A DNA stretch of 64,000 nt from Vitreimonas sp. GTDB lineage: Bacteria > Patescibacteriota > Microgenomatia > UBA1400 > PJMF01. Every line of letters begins with the position of its first letter. The first letter of the stretch is position 1. The position numbers and the translations under genes are program-made. The DNA lies in NCBI GenBank assembly GCA_035627515.1, contig DASPLQ010000012.1, forward strand, positions 1,098,331 through 1,162,330, written 5' to 3'. Shown here piece after piece: positions 34,342 through 44,749 of the stretch. A model generated the notes under the pieces. It did not search any database. It had not been told where the DNA came from and saw only the letters and a list, made by a program, of their open reading frames with translations.

Positions 34342-37164
34342 ATGCCCAAAGTCACCGATTTTAAACAAACCCCAGAATTTCCTTTACTCGAAGAACAAGT
34401 ATTAGAGTTTTGGCAAAAAAATAATTCTTTTGAAAAGTCAGTGGAGATGCGCTCTGCTGATAAATCTTATGTGTTTTATGATGGACCACCGTTTGCCACC
34501 GGGTTGCCACATTATGGCCATTTATTAGCGTCAACTACTAAGGATGTGGTGCCACGTTACTGGACGATGAAAGGGTATCGTGTGGAGCGAGTGTGGGGTT
34601 GGGACTGTCATGGTTTGCCGATCGAAAATATGATCGAAAAGAAATTGGAGATCAAAGGTGGTAAAAAAGGTATCGAAAAGTTGGGCATCGATACTTTCAA
34701 TGCAGCCTGTCGTGCTGAAGTGCTGCGTTTGGATAAAGAATGGGAAAAAATTATTGGCCGCTTGGGCAGATGGGTGGATTTTGAGAACAACTATAAGACT
34801 ATGGACACGACCTTTATGGAATCTGTCTGGTGGGGGTTTAAGCAGCTATATGATAAGGGTTTGACGTATGAAGGCCGTAAGGTTATTTTGTACTGTCCTC
34901 GTTGTTCGACACCGTTGTCCAACTTTGAGATCGCGATGGATAACTCATATAAGGAAGTGACAGAATCGGGCACGACGTATAAATATAAGCTTGTTGGTCA
35001 AGATAATACGTATTTATTAGCCTGGTCCACCACACCTTGGAATAAAATTGTTACACCAGCTTTGGCGGTCAATCCTGAGTTGAGTTACGTTAAGGTTAAA
35101 CAAGGCAATGAACACTATGTGTTAGCTGAAACGCGTTTGGAGAGTTTAAGCAGTGATCACTATGAAGTAGTGGAGCGCTACACAGGCAAAGACTTAGAAG
35201 CGTTTGTATTTGAAACTCATTATCAATTTTTTCCGTTGCAACCCGGTGAAAAAGCTGGCGTGGTGATTGCAGATCCATTTGTAACTGCCGAAGAGGGGAC
35301 AGGTGTAGTGACATTGGCTGTCTATGGTGAAGATGACTATCGAGTGATGAAGGCGCACAACATCCAGTTGGCTGAGCATGTGGATGATGAAGGTCGTTTG
35401 AAAGCCGAGGTCACTCCATGGGCAGGTATGGATATCTTGAAAGCTAATCCATTAGTAAATGACGACCTAGCTGAACGCGGTTTAGTTTATAAAGATGAAG
35501 CTTATACCCACAGTGTGCCCACCTGTTACCGGTGCGCCACGCGTTTATATAACGCGCCGTTGCCGGCTTGGTTCATTAAAGTTGGCCACTTACGAGATGA
35601 GTTAATTGCCCAAAATGAAAAAGTGAATTGGTTCCCTGGTCATCTCAAAGAAGGTCGGTTTAGAAAAGGACTCGAAAACGCGCCTGATTGGAATATTTCT
35701 CGTTCGCGGTATTGGGGAACTCCCATGCCGATTTGGGAAGGTGAAGACGCGCATGGTAAAAAAATTCGGCGAGTGATTGGTTCACTTGAAGAGCTTCAAA
35801 CCTGGGCAGTTGAACCTAAAAAAGCTGCTAAACTAACCGATATTCATCGTGAATTTTTAGATGGCATTGAAGTCTGGGTTGATGAAGATAAAACCGTAAA
35901 AGGTAACAGAGTGGCTGAAGTCTTTGATTGTTGGGTGGAATCGGGCTCGATGCCATTTGCGGCCCTTCATTATCCGTTTGAAAATAAAGCTCACTTTGAA
36001 GCTAATTTCCCGGCTCAGTTTGTGAGCGAGTACATCGCTCAAACTCGGGCGTGGTTTTATACCATGCATGTGATGTCAGTAGGGGTGTTTGGTAAACCAT
36101 CATTTGAAAATGTGCTCACTACCGGCACGATCCTCGCTGAAGATGGTTCCAAAATGAGTAAATCGAAAAATAACTATCCTGATCCCATGATCTTGATCAA
36201 TAAATATGGTGTAGATAGCTTGCGTTTGTATCTGATGAGCTCTACGGTGATGAAAGGTGAAAACCTTAACTTTAGTGAAAAAGACGTCGCTGATCTGCGT
36301 CGCAAGGTGTTTGTGATTTGGTGGAATGTGTTTGCGTTTTATCAAAATTTTGCCAACCACAAAGCCGGTTTTGCGCAGCCAGACTTTGAGCCTGAACATG
36401 TGATGGATAAATGGTTGCTCAGCCGTGTTAATCATCTGACACAGCAAGTCACCAAGTATATGGATAACTATGACGTGGTTCGCGCTAGCCGGACGCTGAT
36501 GGAGTTTGTGGACGAGCTGTCGACTTGGTATTTGCGATTGAGTCGCGAACGCATCAAAAATGACGAACAGGGCCAAGCCAGTCAAGTATTTGGATACACT
36601 TTATATACTTTGGCTCAGTTGTTTGCGCCATTAGCACCCTTTTTCTCGGAGGTGATCCACCACACCATGGTAGATACTAAAACTTCAATTCATCACACTG
36701 ATTGGCCAAGTGTCAACAAAGCAGCGCTGCAGCCTGAATTGGAAACCAAAATGACCGAGGTCCAAAAAGTAGTCGAAAAAGGTCACGCTGTGCGCAAAGA
36801 AGCGGGAGTAAAAGTTCGCCAACCACTCGCAGAAGTCAAAGTAGTTTCGCCTGTCACCGCGCCTGCTGATAAAGTTCTTGAGGTTCTAAAACAAGAACTC
36901 AACGTCAAAGCTGTCAGCTGGATGAAAGCCGAAGAAATGAGCGTCAGCTTAGATCTGAATCTCACTCCCGAACTCGAAGCCGAAGGCAAAGCTCGTGACC
37001 TGATGCGTAGCATCCAAAACTTACGCAAAGAGGCGGGACTGGCGGTAGGTGATGTAGCAACTGTTACTGCACCTGAATGGCCAGCTGAGTGGCAAGCTGA
37101 AATCGAAGCCAAGACTAAGACGAAGTTGGTGAAGGGTGAAAGCTTGGCGTTGGTTAGCTCATGA
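34342..37164 (+). CDS. ileS: Isoleucine--tRNA ligase (IleRS2 type)
   Basis: DGPPFATGLPHYGH, GWDCHGLP, DWNISRSRYWGTP, KMSKS; no C-terminal zinc finger. Confidence 0.97.
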   Translation: MPKVTDFKQTPEFPLLEEQVLEFWQKNNSFEKSVEMRSADKSYVFYDGPPFATGLPHYGHLLASTTKDVVPRYWTMKGYRVERVWGWDCHGLPIENMIEKKLEIKGGKKGIEKLGIDTFNAACRAEVLRLDKEWEKIIGRLGRWVDFENNYKTMDTTFMESVWWGFKQLYDKGLTYEGRKVILYCPRCSTPLSNFEIAMDNSYKEVTESGTTYKYKLVGQDNTYLLAWSTTPWNKIVTPALAVNPELSYVKVKQGNEHYVLAETRLESLSSDHYEVVERYTGKDLEAFVFETHYQFFPLQPGEKAGVVIADPFVTAEEGTGVVTLAVYGEDDYRVMKAHNIQLAEHVDDEGRLKAEVTPWAGMDILKANPLVNDDLAERGLVYKDEAYTHSVPTCYRCATRLYNAPLPAWFIKVGHLRDELIAQNEKVNWFPGHLKEGRFRKGLENAPDWNISRSRYWGTPMPIWEGEDAHGKKIRRVIGSLEELQTWAVEPKKAAKLTDIHREFLDGIEVWVDEDKTVKGNRVAEVFDCWVESGSMPFAALHYPFENKAHFEANFPAQFVSEYIAQTRAWFYTMHVMSVGVFGKPSFENVLTTGTILAEDGSKMSKSKNNYPDPMILINKYGVDSLRLYLMSSTVMKGENLNFSEKDVADLRRKVFVIWWNVFAFYQNFANHKAGFAQPDFEPEHVMDKWLLSRVNHLTQQVTKYMDNYDVVRASRTLMEFVDELSTWYLRLSRERIKNDEQGQASQVFGYTLYTLAQLFAPLAPFFSEVIHHTMVDTKTSIHHTDWPSVNKAALQPELETKMTEVQKVVEKGHAVRKEAGVKVRQPLAEVKVVSPVTAPADKVLEVLKQELNVKAVSWMKAEEMSVSLDLNLTPELEAEGKARDLMRSIQNLRKEAGLAVGDVATVTAPEWPAEWQAEIEAKTKTKLVKGESLALVSS

Positions 37165-38129
37165 GGCCAGAGCATTTATCGTATTTCATCGCTCGGAAAA
37201 CTGGTTCACTCAAAGCCAGAACTGAGCGGGGTGGATTTCGAGCGGGGTTTAGAGCCCGGACACGAAAAGATGGTCGGACGGCGTCACATACCGAAACAAG
37301 CTGGCCGCCCGAAGCATTGCCCTATGTGAAGCAATCAATTCAGAAGTTACTGGAGAAATTCCACCCAAGCCCCAACGAGTACGATCTAGGTGGCCTTGAT
37401 AAATGGCGACGGTTATTGAGTGTCAAAAACATTCGCCCTGATTTTATTCGAGTGGCGGCTCTGAATGTGGGAGAAAAAGTCATCACCGTTGCTTTGGAAA
37501 ATCCTGAGTTGTTAATTCCTTATTTCTCGATGTTAAAACAAGGTGGTGGTGACGGGTTTGGCAATGGGATTGGTAGATTACATAGTTTAATAGAGCATAT
37601 ACAGGCGACCAGAGATCCCCATCTTTCTGATCGCGAGATCATACAGAATGTCCTCACTGAAAAATTTCCTGAGCTAATGAATTGGGATAATTTTATTGGG
37701 ACTCATGTGGTTCTTAATGACGCTAATGATGCTTATGAAGTTTTTTGTCTTGGTAGAGAAGTGGCAAGAGCGATTGAAAAAGGTGCGTTGTTGTATTGTT
37801 TACAACAAGGATTGCCACCCACGTTGGGGGTCAACTCTTTTCCTAATAAATATTTAATTGCAGGTGTGCAGAATAAGATTAAAGAATATCAGCCGCATCT
37901 TATCAACATGGTTAATGACAAGCTATTTCTTACGAGGATAGTTAGAGAACTATTCAGTGAATTAAAAATTGCCTATGGTTATCAAAATTATGCGGGTGTG
38001 TTGAAAATGAGTGCTGAGGAAGTACTGGCCGATGAGAAAAATAAAGATCACCAAGATCTGTGGGCGGCTGCTTTTTGGAATCTGTGTATTGAGCAAGCTT
38101 TGCTGACTACCGCTTCGCCCCATACCTAA
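37161..38129 (+). CDS. Hypothetical protein
   Basis: 322-aa ORF, ATGA-coupled to ileS. Confidence 0.6.
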   Translation: MRPEHLSYFIARKTGSLKARTERGGFRAGFRARTRKDGRTASHTETSWPPEALPYVKQSIQKLLEKFHPSPNEYDLGGLDKWRRLLSVKNIRPDFIRVAALNVGEKVITVALENPELLIPYFSMLKQGGGDGFGNGIGRLHSLIEHIQATRDPHLSDREIIQNVLTEKFPELMNWDNFIGTHVVLNDANDAYEVFCLGREVARAIEKGALLYCLQQGLPPTLGVNSFPNKYLIAGVQNKIKEYQPHLINMVNDKLFLTRIVRELFSELKIAYGYQNYAGVLKMSAEEVLADEKNKDHQDLWAAAFWNLCIEQALLTTASPHT

Positions 38130-38142
38130 ATATAATACGTAC

Positions 38143-38982
38143 ATGAAGTTTCGATGGTTCTGGACAATACTCACAACTTTAACAGTGGTTTTTGTCTGTG
38201 CTGTCTATGTGCTACTGAGATTTCACCGCTATCGCACCGGCGATTTAGATTCTGTTTGCGATGCCCGGCCAGAAAATGCTTCAGTGGATGAATTAAGGTG
38301 GAACCAAGGTGTGTATCAGTTTTTCTCGATTTCAAATCAAGGCTTAGTATCTCAGCTTAGCAATCAAGAAGAAGCAACCGTTATCATTCCAGGTGAAGTT
38401 AAAACCTTTAGATTGGTTAAAGCTACCAACCAACTTGTCTATGTTCAGGGTCAAAAGTTATGGCTAAGTGATAATGAGGGAAAAAATAAAAGCGAGTTAT
38501 TGTCAATTCCTGGAGATAAAGAACTAGTAATTCACGGATTGAGCGAGGATGATCAAACACTATTAATTGGTTTTCAAAATAGTGATTTATCACAAGAACG
38601 TGATCCTTATAATGACGACTTACGTGTCATTAATTTACAAAAACGACAAGGTCAACAACGAGCTGGTCGTTTCCCTGAAGCAATTAATGAACTCGGAATT
38701 ATTCGAATTCCTTATCCGGTCAAAAGCACCAGTGATGATAAAAAGGCGAGTATTCAGTTAGTAGGCGGCTCATTTCAAATCAATAACAAGGAACTTTTTT
38801 ACTGCGGAGTAGTGAGGGGAACATTAGAGGCAAGCGGCCCGGCGTGTTATGACCATCAATGGTTACCTGACAATGAACATATTTTACTTGATTTATGTGG
38901 CCCAGTGATTGTTGAGCCAGCCACAGGTAAAATTGCGCGCCTAAATCGCAGCTGGGGAGTTGAGTGGCAAATGGTTAAGTAA
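38143..38982 (+). CDS. Membrane-anchored hypothetical protein (beta-propeller-like)
   Basis: N-terminal TM helix; LSEDDQTLL and WLPDNEHIL TolB-like blade motifs. Confidence 0.55.
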   Translation: MKFRWFWTILTTLTVVFVCAVYVLLRFHRYRTGDLDSVCDARPENASVDELRWNQGVYQFFSISNQGLVSQLSNQEEATVIIPGEVKTFRLVKATNQLVYVQGQKLWLSDNEGKNKSELLSIPGDKELVIHGLSEDDQTLLIGFQNSDLSQERDPYNDDLRVINLQKRQGQQRAGRFPEAINELGIIRIPYPVKSTSDDKKASIQLVGGSFQINNKELFYCGVVRGTLEASGPACYDHQWLPDNEHILLDLCGPVIVEPATGKIARLNRSWGVEWQMVK

Positions 38983-38992
38983 GCAGTAAATT

Positions 38993-39334
38993 ATGATAAG
39001 AAAAACACTGATTGTGTTAGCAGTACTAGGGTTATTAGTACTTCCTCTAGTTTTATTTGAAATATGGGCGCGATGGTATAACCAAGCGATGCTTAAAAGA
39101 GTTGAAAGCTTTGCACATCAACTTGAAGCCTATCATCGGCAAACCGGCCAACTTCCTCATACATTACAGGAACTAGATTCAACGGCAGATCAAGAAATAA
39201 TTTATCAGCGAGATTTGGAAGAATACACTTACTTTCAGATTACTTTTGACACCAAAGGCTTAGAAAATAAAGCTAAAGGTTATAAGTACCATGCTGAGAC
39301 GGGCCTGAAGTACTTTAGCTTTAATTATTGGTGA
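38993..39334 (+). CDS. Membrane-anchored protein with pseudopilin-like helix
   Basis: TM helix followed by LEAYHRQTGQLPHTLQEL. Confidence 0.5.
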   Translation: MIRKTLIVLAVLGLLVLPLVLFEIWARWYNQAMLKRVESFAHQLEAYHRQTGQLPHTLQELDSTADQEIIYQRDLEEYTYFQITFDTKGLENKAKGYKYHAETGLKYFSFNYW

Positions 39335-39341
39335 GCTGAAC

Positions 39342-40139
39342 TCATTTAAAGCTTAACTTAGCAGGCAAAGGTGGCCGACCATCAAACATATTTTCAGGTC
39401 GGAACTCTCGGGGATTAACATTAAACTCAACTTTGATTTGGTTATTGCTTGAGAGGTGAGTTAAGGTTACTTCACGTTTGGTTTCATCAAGTTGAATAAA
39501 TTCGATCCGGACCGCCGCTAACTTAACTGTCATTTCTTGTGAGGTATCAAACTCGGAATCTATAATGGTTTGGTGAGATTGTTGATGATATAAACTGACT
39601 TGTGTTCTTAACTCGCCATGTTCTGCAGGTACCAAACTGCTACCTGGATGTTTTATCCTCGAGCTAGCAAAGAAGATAGATCTATAGGGTAAAGAACTTA
39701 ACGCGCCGGGCAAGGAGGAAACATGAAACTCAAAGACACTGGAAACTTTTATGACAGGACCATCTGTATGCGTTAAGGGATTTTCTTCAGGATAATAAAG
39801 AAAATCTGTTCGAATGAGCGGAAATAAATGGTTTTTTTGCAGGCCCTCAAAGTATGTGTGGTGGTGAAAACTTCTAATGAGGCCATTACTGGTGAAAATG
39901 AGTGTTCCAGCAGCTAATTGTTTATTAGCTTGCTGGTTAATAATCTGATGAGTATATAAATCTTTCTCAGGTTGAAAATTGGGATGACGAGCCAAACTCA
40001 AACTTGTGAGTGGCTCAGTAAATGGCTGACTCTGCCCTGAGTTTAACCAGTATTGGCGAGTTGCCTCAGGAATAAAGGTGGCCCATTCCAGTGAGTTAAA
40101 TGGTTGCTCTGGAAAGCGTTTAAGGTGTTCTTTGCCCAT
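39342..40139 (-). CDS. Hypothetical protein
   Basis: 265-aa ORF filling the gap between neighbours. Confidence 0.55.
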   Translation of the reverse strand: MGKEHLKRFPEQPFNSLEWATFIPEATRQYWLNSGQSQPFTEPLTSLSLARHPNFQPEKDLYTHQIINQQANKQLAAGTLIFTSNGLIRSFHHHTYFEGLQKNHLFPLIRTDFLYYPEENPLTHTDGPVIKVSSVFEFHVSSLPGALSSLPYRSIFFASSRIKHPGSSLVPAEHGELRTQVSLYHQQSHQTIIDSEFDTSQEMTVKLAAVRIEFIQLDETKREVTLTHLSSNNQIKVEFNVNPREFRPENMFDGRPPLPAKLSFK

Positions 40140-40191
40140 ATATACTTATTAGTTCTGGTATAGTTAAGGGGCTTATTATATCAATACCTTC

Positions 40192-41256
40192 ATGAAAATC
40201 TGGTTTTTACCCGCTCTTTTATTAGTCTTATCCCTAATGAGCATTTTGACGCTCAAAAGTGTGGCGCCTACGTTAGCAACACAACAAGTAGTCTATTTTT
40301 TATTGGGTGGCGCGATTTTTTATGGGGTGGGACAAATTAAGTTTGAGAACTGGCTGCTGTTAGGTCCCATAGCCTACGTGGGAGTGTGTTTGTTACTGCT
40401 TGTGCCTTTAGCTCTCGGTACTACTACCCGGGGCATTGCTGGGTGGATTGATATTGGTACTCTATTTTCTATTCAACCTTCTCAGTTAGCAATTCCTGCA
40501 GTGACGCTGTGGATTGGTCAGTTACTAACCCAGTACTCATTAAAAAAACTTAATTACTTAGCGATTGTGCTAGGTTTAATTGGTTTACCGGCGGTATTAA
40601 TTTTGCTTGAACCTGATTTGGGTACGACCATTGTGTACTTAGCTAGTTTGGGAAGCTTAGTGTTTGCTAGTGATATTAAATGGTCATATTTAGTGGCTTT
40701 GGGCAGCATGGCAGTGATGGTGGCGGTGTTGAGTTGGGCGTTTGTGTTGGCAGATTACCAAAAAGATCGTATTACCTCATTTATCTCACCCACGGCTGAC
40801 ACTGATGCTAGTTATAATGCCCAGCAGGCAATGATTGCGGTAGGTTCAGGACAAATCTTAGGACGTGGATTAGGGCAGGGAGTACAATCACATTTGCGCT
40901 TTTTACCCGAGCGCCAAACTGACTTTATTTTTGCGTCTTTAGCCGAGGAATGGGGTTTGTTAGGGTCAAGTTTAGTAATCAGTTTATATGCGGCCTTGAG
41001 CAGTTTTTTGCTGTGGCTCAGTTGGCAAACCACTCACCCGGCAGCAAAATGGTACTGTTTAGCTGCAGCGGTGATGACTGCAGTACAATCAGGTATTAAT
41101 ATTGGTATGAATATGGGGTTGTTTCCCATTACGGGTATTACCTTGCCTTTACTTTCTTATGGCGGTAGTTCCATCTTAGCCCTTTGTGGTATGTACGGCA
41201 TCATTTGGTCGATCGCTCGTGAACGCACCACTCGGGTAGCTCGGCATTTTACCTAG
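40192..41256 (+). CDS. rodA: Rod shape-determining protein RodA (SEDS family)
   Basis: IQPSQ, EPDLGT, LPERQTDFIF, EEWG, TGITLPLLSYGGSS. Confidence 0.88.
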   Translation: MKIWFLPALLLVLSLMSILTLKSVAPTLATQQVVYFLLGGAIFYGVGQIKFENWLLLGPIAYVGVCLLLLVPLALGTTTRGIAGWIDIGTLFSIQPSQLAIPAVTLWIGQLLTQYSLKKLNYLAIVLGLIGLPAVLILLEPDLGTTIVYLASLGSLVFASDIKWSYLVALGSMAVMVAVLSWAFVLADYQKDRITSFISPTADTDASYNAQQAMIAVGSGQILGRGLGQGVQSHLRFLPERQTDFIFASLAEEWGLLGSSLVISLYAALSSFLLWLSWQTTHPAAKWYCLAAAVMTAVQSGINIGMNMGLFPITGITLPLLSYGGSSILALCGMYGIIWSIARERTTRVARHFT

Positions 41257-41265
41257 GTAAAAATG

Positions 41266-41274
41266 TGTTATAAT
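41266..41274 (+). promoter_or_regulatory. Extended -10 promoter of the rplU operon
   Basis: TG-T-TATAAT about 30 bp upstream of the start codon. Confidence 0.65.
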
Positions 41275-41303
41275 CATCATTCGAAACAAAAGAGAAAGTT
41301 TGT

Positions 41304-41621
41304 ATGAAAAAGTACGCCATTATTCAAATTGCAGGAAAACAATATCGAGTTGCCGAGGGTGATATGGTCACTATTGACCGTTTGCCTCAAGCTCCAGATG
41401 AAAAAATCGTCGTTACCGACGTGTTAATGACTGGCAATGGTGATCAAATTTCTATTGGCTCACCTCTGGTAAGTAAAGCTTCTGTGACCTTGAAAGTAAC
41501 TGGTCAAAGCAGAGGCGATAAGATTCGTGTGGCAACCTACAAAGCTAAATCACGCTATCGGAAGGTTCGTGGCCACCGACAATCTCTCAGCACCGTCGAA
41601 GTGGTCAGTATCACTGCCTAA
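41304..41621 (+). CDS. rplU: 50S ribosomal protein L21
   Basis: YAIIQIAGKQYRV...GHRQ. Confidence 0.97.
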   Translation: MKKYAIIQIAGKQYRVAEGDMVTIDRLPQAPDEKIVVTDVLMTGNGDQISIGSPLVSKASVTLKVTGQSRGDKIRVATYKAKSRYRKVRGHRQSLSTVEVVSITA

Positions 41622-42835
41622 TGTCGACTTATTATTGTCTCCTCGGTAATACTCCTGATTTATCAGCAGCAGAAATTGCGGCCTTTTTTCCTGATGCACC
41701 TCAAGAGTTAATTTTGCCTCACATCCTTAAGTTAGAAATTGAAGGTGAACTCGATACTTCTGAGTTACTCTACTTTTTAGGAGGCACAGTCAAGTTACTT
41801 AAAGAACTTACTCCTCTAGAGATGGAGATAGCTCGAGATGAGGACAAACTGGCTGAGGCTCTGGCTGATCAATTCATGAGAGCAGTACCTGAAGGCAAAA
41901 TCACCTTTGGAATTGCTGAACATGGCCGAGATCATTTACCACGTTTAGAAGCTGCTTACATCAAGAGTTTGCTCCAGAAACAAGATGTAACCGCCAAATA
42001 TTATGAAGACTCTCGGACGGGTTTATCTGCTGCCATTTTGATTCATCATCCTAAAGTAGTTGAGCTTCACATTATCCAAACTGCTGAACAAGTAGTGATT
42101 GCTCGCACTGTAGCTGTACAAGATATTGAAGAGTGGACGTATCGTGATCGAGAAAAACCTTATTTTGATCGCAAAAAAGGCATGTTGCCACCCAAAGTGT
42201 CTCGGATGATGGCTAATATTGGTTTAGGGACATTATTGAAGCTGAGAGGCGACAAACAATCATTGCCTACCTCCAGTAATAAAACCCTCAACGGTCAATA
42301 TTTGCTCTATGATCCTTTTTGCGGTACAGGCACAGTCTTAGCAGAAGCACTGTTAACGGGTGCAAATGTAGTGGGTTCGGATAGTGATGCGGTCGCAGTA
42401 AAAGGAACGCAAGCTAACCTTCAATGGCTTGAGAAAAAATATGATGTAGAAGAGCGCTATAAGGTGTTTACGAGTGAAGTAGCCAATGTGCCACCCACTC
42501 AATTGCCCAGTAAAATCGATGTCATTGTCACCGAGCCGTTTTTAGGCAAGCCTACACCACGTCCTGTCGAGCTTCCTAATATTTTCAAAGGTTTGGAAAA
42601 ATTATACTGGGGTGCTTTTCGCAAATGGACACAGATATTACAAGCTCCCGCTGTGATTGTGATTATTTTTCCAGTCGTAGAAAGTGAAAAACACACCTTC
42701 ACTCTCGAGAACTTAATTGACAAGCTGGCTCCTCTTGGGTACACTATACTGTCTGAGCCAATTATTTATCGTCGGCCACAAGCTGTGGTTCAACGCCAAA
42801 TCTGTTTATTTAGCTTTAATCCGGTTCAAAAATAA
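41621..42835 (+). CDS. Trm11/THUMP-like RNA methyltransferase
   Basis: [30 protein letters not shown]. Confidence 0.75.
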   Translation: MSTYYCLLGNTPDLSAAEIAAFFPDAPQELILPHILKLEIEGELDTSELLYFLGGTVKLLKELTPLEMEIARDEDKLAEALADQFMRAVPEGKITFGIAEHGRDHLPRLEAAYIKSLLQKQDVTAKYYEDSRTGLSAAILIHHPKVVELHIIQTAEQVVIARTVAVQDIEEWTYRDREKPYFDRKKGMLPPKVSRMMANIGLGTLLKLRGDKQSLPTSSNKTLNGQYLLYDPFCGTGTVLAEALLTGANVVGSDSDAVAVKGTQANLQWLEKKYDVEERYKVFTSEVANVPPTQLPSKIDVIVTEPFLGKPTPRPVELPNIFKGLEKLYWGAFRKWTQILQAPAVIVIIFPVVESEKHTFTLENLIDKLAPLGYTILSEPIIYRRPQAVVQRQICLFSFNPVQK

Positions 42836-42849
42836 GCACATGGAGCTGT

Positions 42850-43107
42850 ATGTCAAAAGTCAAAGCATCAGGTAAAGTCAATCAACACCCACAAAGCCGC
42901 CGTCGCGGTAAACGTTTAGGTGTTAAAAAATTTGGTGGTGAAAAAGTCACTACCGGAAACATCATTTTGCGTCAACGTGGTGCCCAATACAAACCTGGCA
43001 AAGGTGTAGGGATGGGTAAAGACCAAACTATTTTTGCCATGATGGTTGGAGTAGTGAATTTTAGTAAACGTTTTGGTCGCACAGTGGTCAATGTTATCAA
43101 CTCATAA
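42850..43107 (+). CDS. rpmA: 50S ribosomal protein L27
   Basis: [27 protein letters not shown]. Confidence 0.97.
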   Translation: MSKVKASGKVNQHPQSRRRGKRLGVKKFGGEKVTTGNIILRQRGAQYKPGKGVGMGKDQTIFAMMVGVVNFSKRFGRTVVNVINS

Positions 43108-43137
43108 CTCTCTTTAGAGTAGATTTTGAAATGAAAC

Positions 43138-43162
43138 AACTCGGGGGAAACCCCGAGTTTTT
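43138..43162 (+). terminator. Intrinsic terminator after rpmA
   Basis: AACTCGGGG-GAAA-CCCCGAGTT-TTT. Confidence 0.85.
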
Positions 43163-43201
43163 GGTGGTGCAAAACTTTTCTCAGTGTGCTATACATGATG
43201 T

Positions 43202-44041
43202 ATGGCAGATAGCGTTCAATTTCTCTCCATTTCCTTAATACAACCCAACCCTTTTCAACCTCGGAGTACTTTCGACAAAGAAGCTATCGAGGAACTGAAA
43301 CAATCCATCGTAGCGTATGGTGTGCTTGAGCCTTTGGTAATTGCCCACACTCCAGCTGGCTATCAAATTATTGCCGGTGAACGGCGGTGGAGAGCGGCGC
43401 GTGAAGCTGGGTTAGAAGAAGTGCCTGTCATTATTAAAAAGACCACACCTAAAGGAATGTTAGAAATGGCATTGGTGGAAAACGTCCAGCGTGTGGACCT
43501 CCAACCTATGGAACGTGCACAGGCTTTTCGGCAGTTGATGCGCGATTTTGGCTTTACGATCTCACAATTAGCCAGCAAAATAGGTAAATCCTCTGCCTAT
43601 ATCAGTAATAGTATTCGTTTGCTCGATTTACCTGATGCTATCAAAGACGGTTTAGTAGGGAACATGATTACTGAAGGCCATGCCCGAGCCCTGGCTGGTA
43701 TTCCCGATGAAAAACAAATGATCGAGTGCTACAAGATTATTTTACGCGAAAGTGCGTCTGTGCGCCGTGCTGAAGAGTTGTCACGCCGCTTTCGTGAGAC
43801 ATCAGAAGACAAGTTATCAGAGAAAGGTCGACCAAAGCCTTTAAATGATGCTCAGCTCCGCCAATGGCAGAAGAAGTTTCAAGAGTTATTTCATGCTAAA
43901 ACACAGTTTAAATTAGTTCGCTCTACTCGACAAACTCGAGTTTCCTTTACGATGCGAGGAACGCCAGAAGAAACTCAGGCCGATCTAGAAAAGATTTTAG
44001 CCTTTGCTGAACTTTCGCCAGCCGAAGGTAATCAAGAATAA
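43202..44041 (+). CDS. parB: ParB/Spo0J partition protein
   Basis: PNPFQPR, IIAGERRWRA, ENVQR, HTH, GHARAL. Confidence 0.95.
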   Translation: MADSVQFLSISLIQPNPFQPRSTFDKEAIEELKQSIVAYGVLEPLVIAHTPAGYQIIAGERRWRAAREAGLEEVPVIIKKTTPKGMLEMALVENVQRVDLQPMERAQAFRQLMRDFGFTISQLASKIGKSSAYISNSIRLLDLPDAIKDGLVGNMITEGHARALAGIPDEKQMIECYKIILRESASVRRAEELSRRFRETSEDKLSEKGRPKPLNDAQLRQWQKKFQELFHAKTQFKLVRSTRQTRVSFTMRGTPEETQADLEKILAFAELSPAEGNQE

Positions 44042-44113
44042 TCACAGTTATTTTCCCGACGTTATTAAGCAAGGATGTATTAGTATCCACTTTGATCAGT
44101 GGCAATGAGTGGT

Positions 44114-44689
44114 TTAATACTTTGCGGAGCGAATGATCTGAGCTTTACTGAAGGGCCAATAGCGGAAAAAAGCACGACCCACAATGTCAGTCTTACGAAT
44201 AGGTCCCCATGCACGAGAGTCACTGGAGTAGGTGCGATTATCACCGACCACAAAGTATTCATCGGGGCCTAAAGTGACAGTTTTATTTTTAGTATACGCA
44301 CCTGGAAGTGTTTGATAATCTGCGGGGATGTATGTCTCTTGAATAGGAGTACCGTTGACAATGATGTGGTTATTATCAACTTGGACGCTCTCTCCAGGAA
44401 CTGCCAAGACACGTTTGATAAAGTCACAGCCAGTCCCTTTAGGGCAGTTGGCTGTTTCTGGAGCGTGAAAGACCACGATATCTCCTCGTTGAGGATCGCG
44501 TAGGCGATAACTAATTTTGTCAGTTAACACATACTCACCGCTCAAAAAATAAGGCACCATTGATTGCCCGTTGACCTCATGTGGTTGCATAAAGAACAAA
44601 TAAACCACCAAAAAAATGGATAAAGCAATCACAATTGTCTCGATAATATCGAGGAAAAACTCGCCAATAGTTCTCAGCAAATAAGGCAT
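44114..44689 (-). CDS. lepB: Signal peptidase I
   Basis: GQSMVP, FIKRV, GDNR..SSDSR.WG. Confidence 0.95.
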   Translation of the reverse strand: MPYLLRTIGEFFLDIIETIVIALSIFLVVYLFFMQPHEVNGQSMVPYFLSGEYVLTDKISYRLRDPQRGDIVVFHAPETANCPKGTGCDFIKRVLAVPGESVQVDNNHIIVNGTPIQETYIPADYQTLPGAYTKNKTVTLGPDEYFVVGDNRTYSSDSRAWGPIRKTDIVGRAFFRYWPFSKAQIIRSAKY

Positions 44690-44749
44690 AAAGATCATTA
44701 TCCTTTTTCCCTAGTGGCGATGCAACGGGCAAATGGGCATAATATGGAC

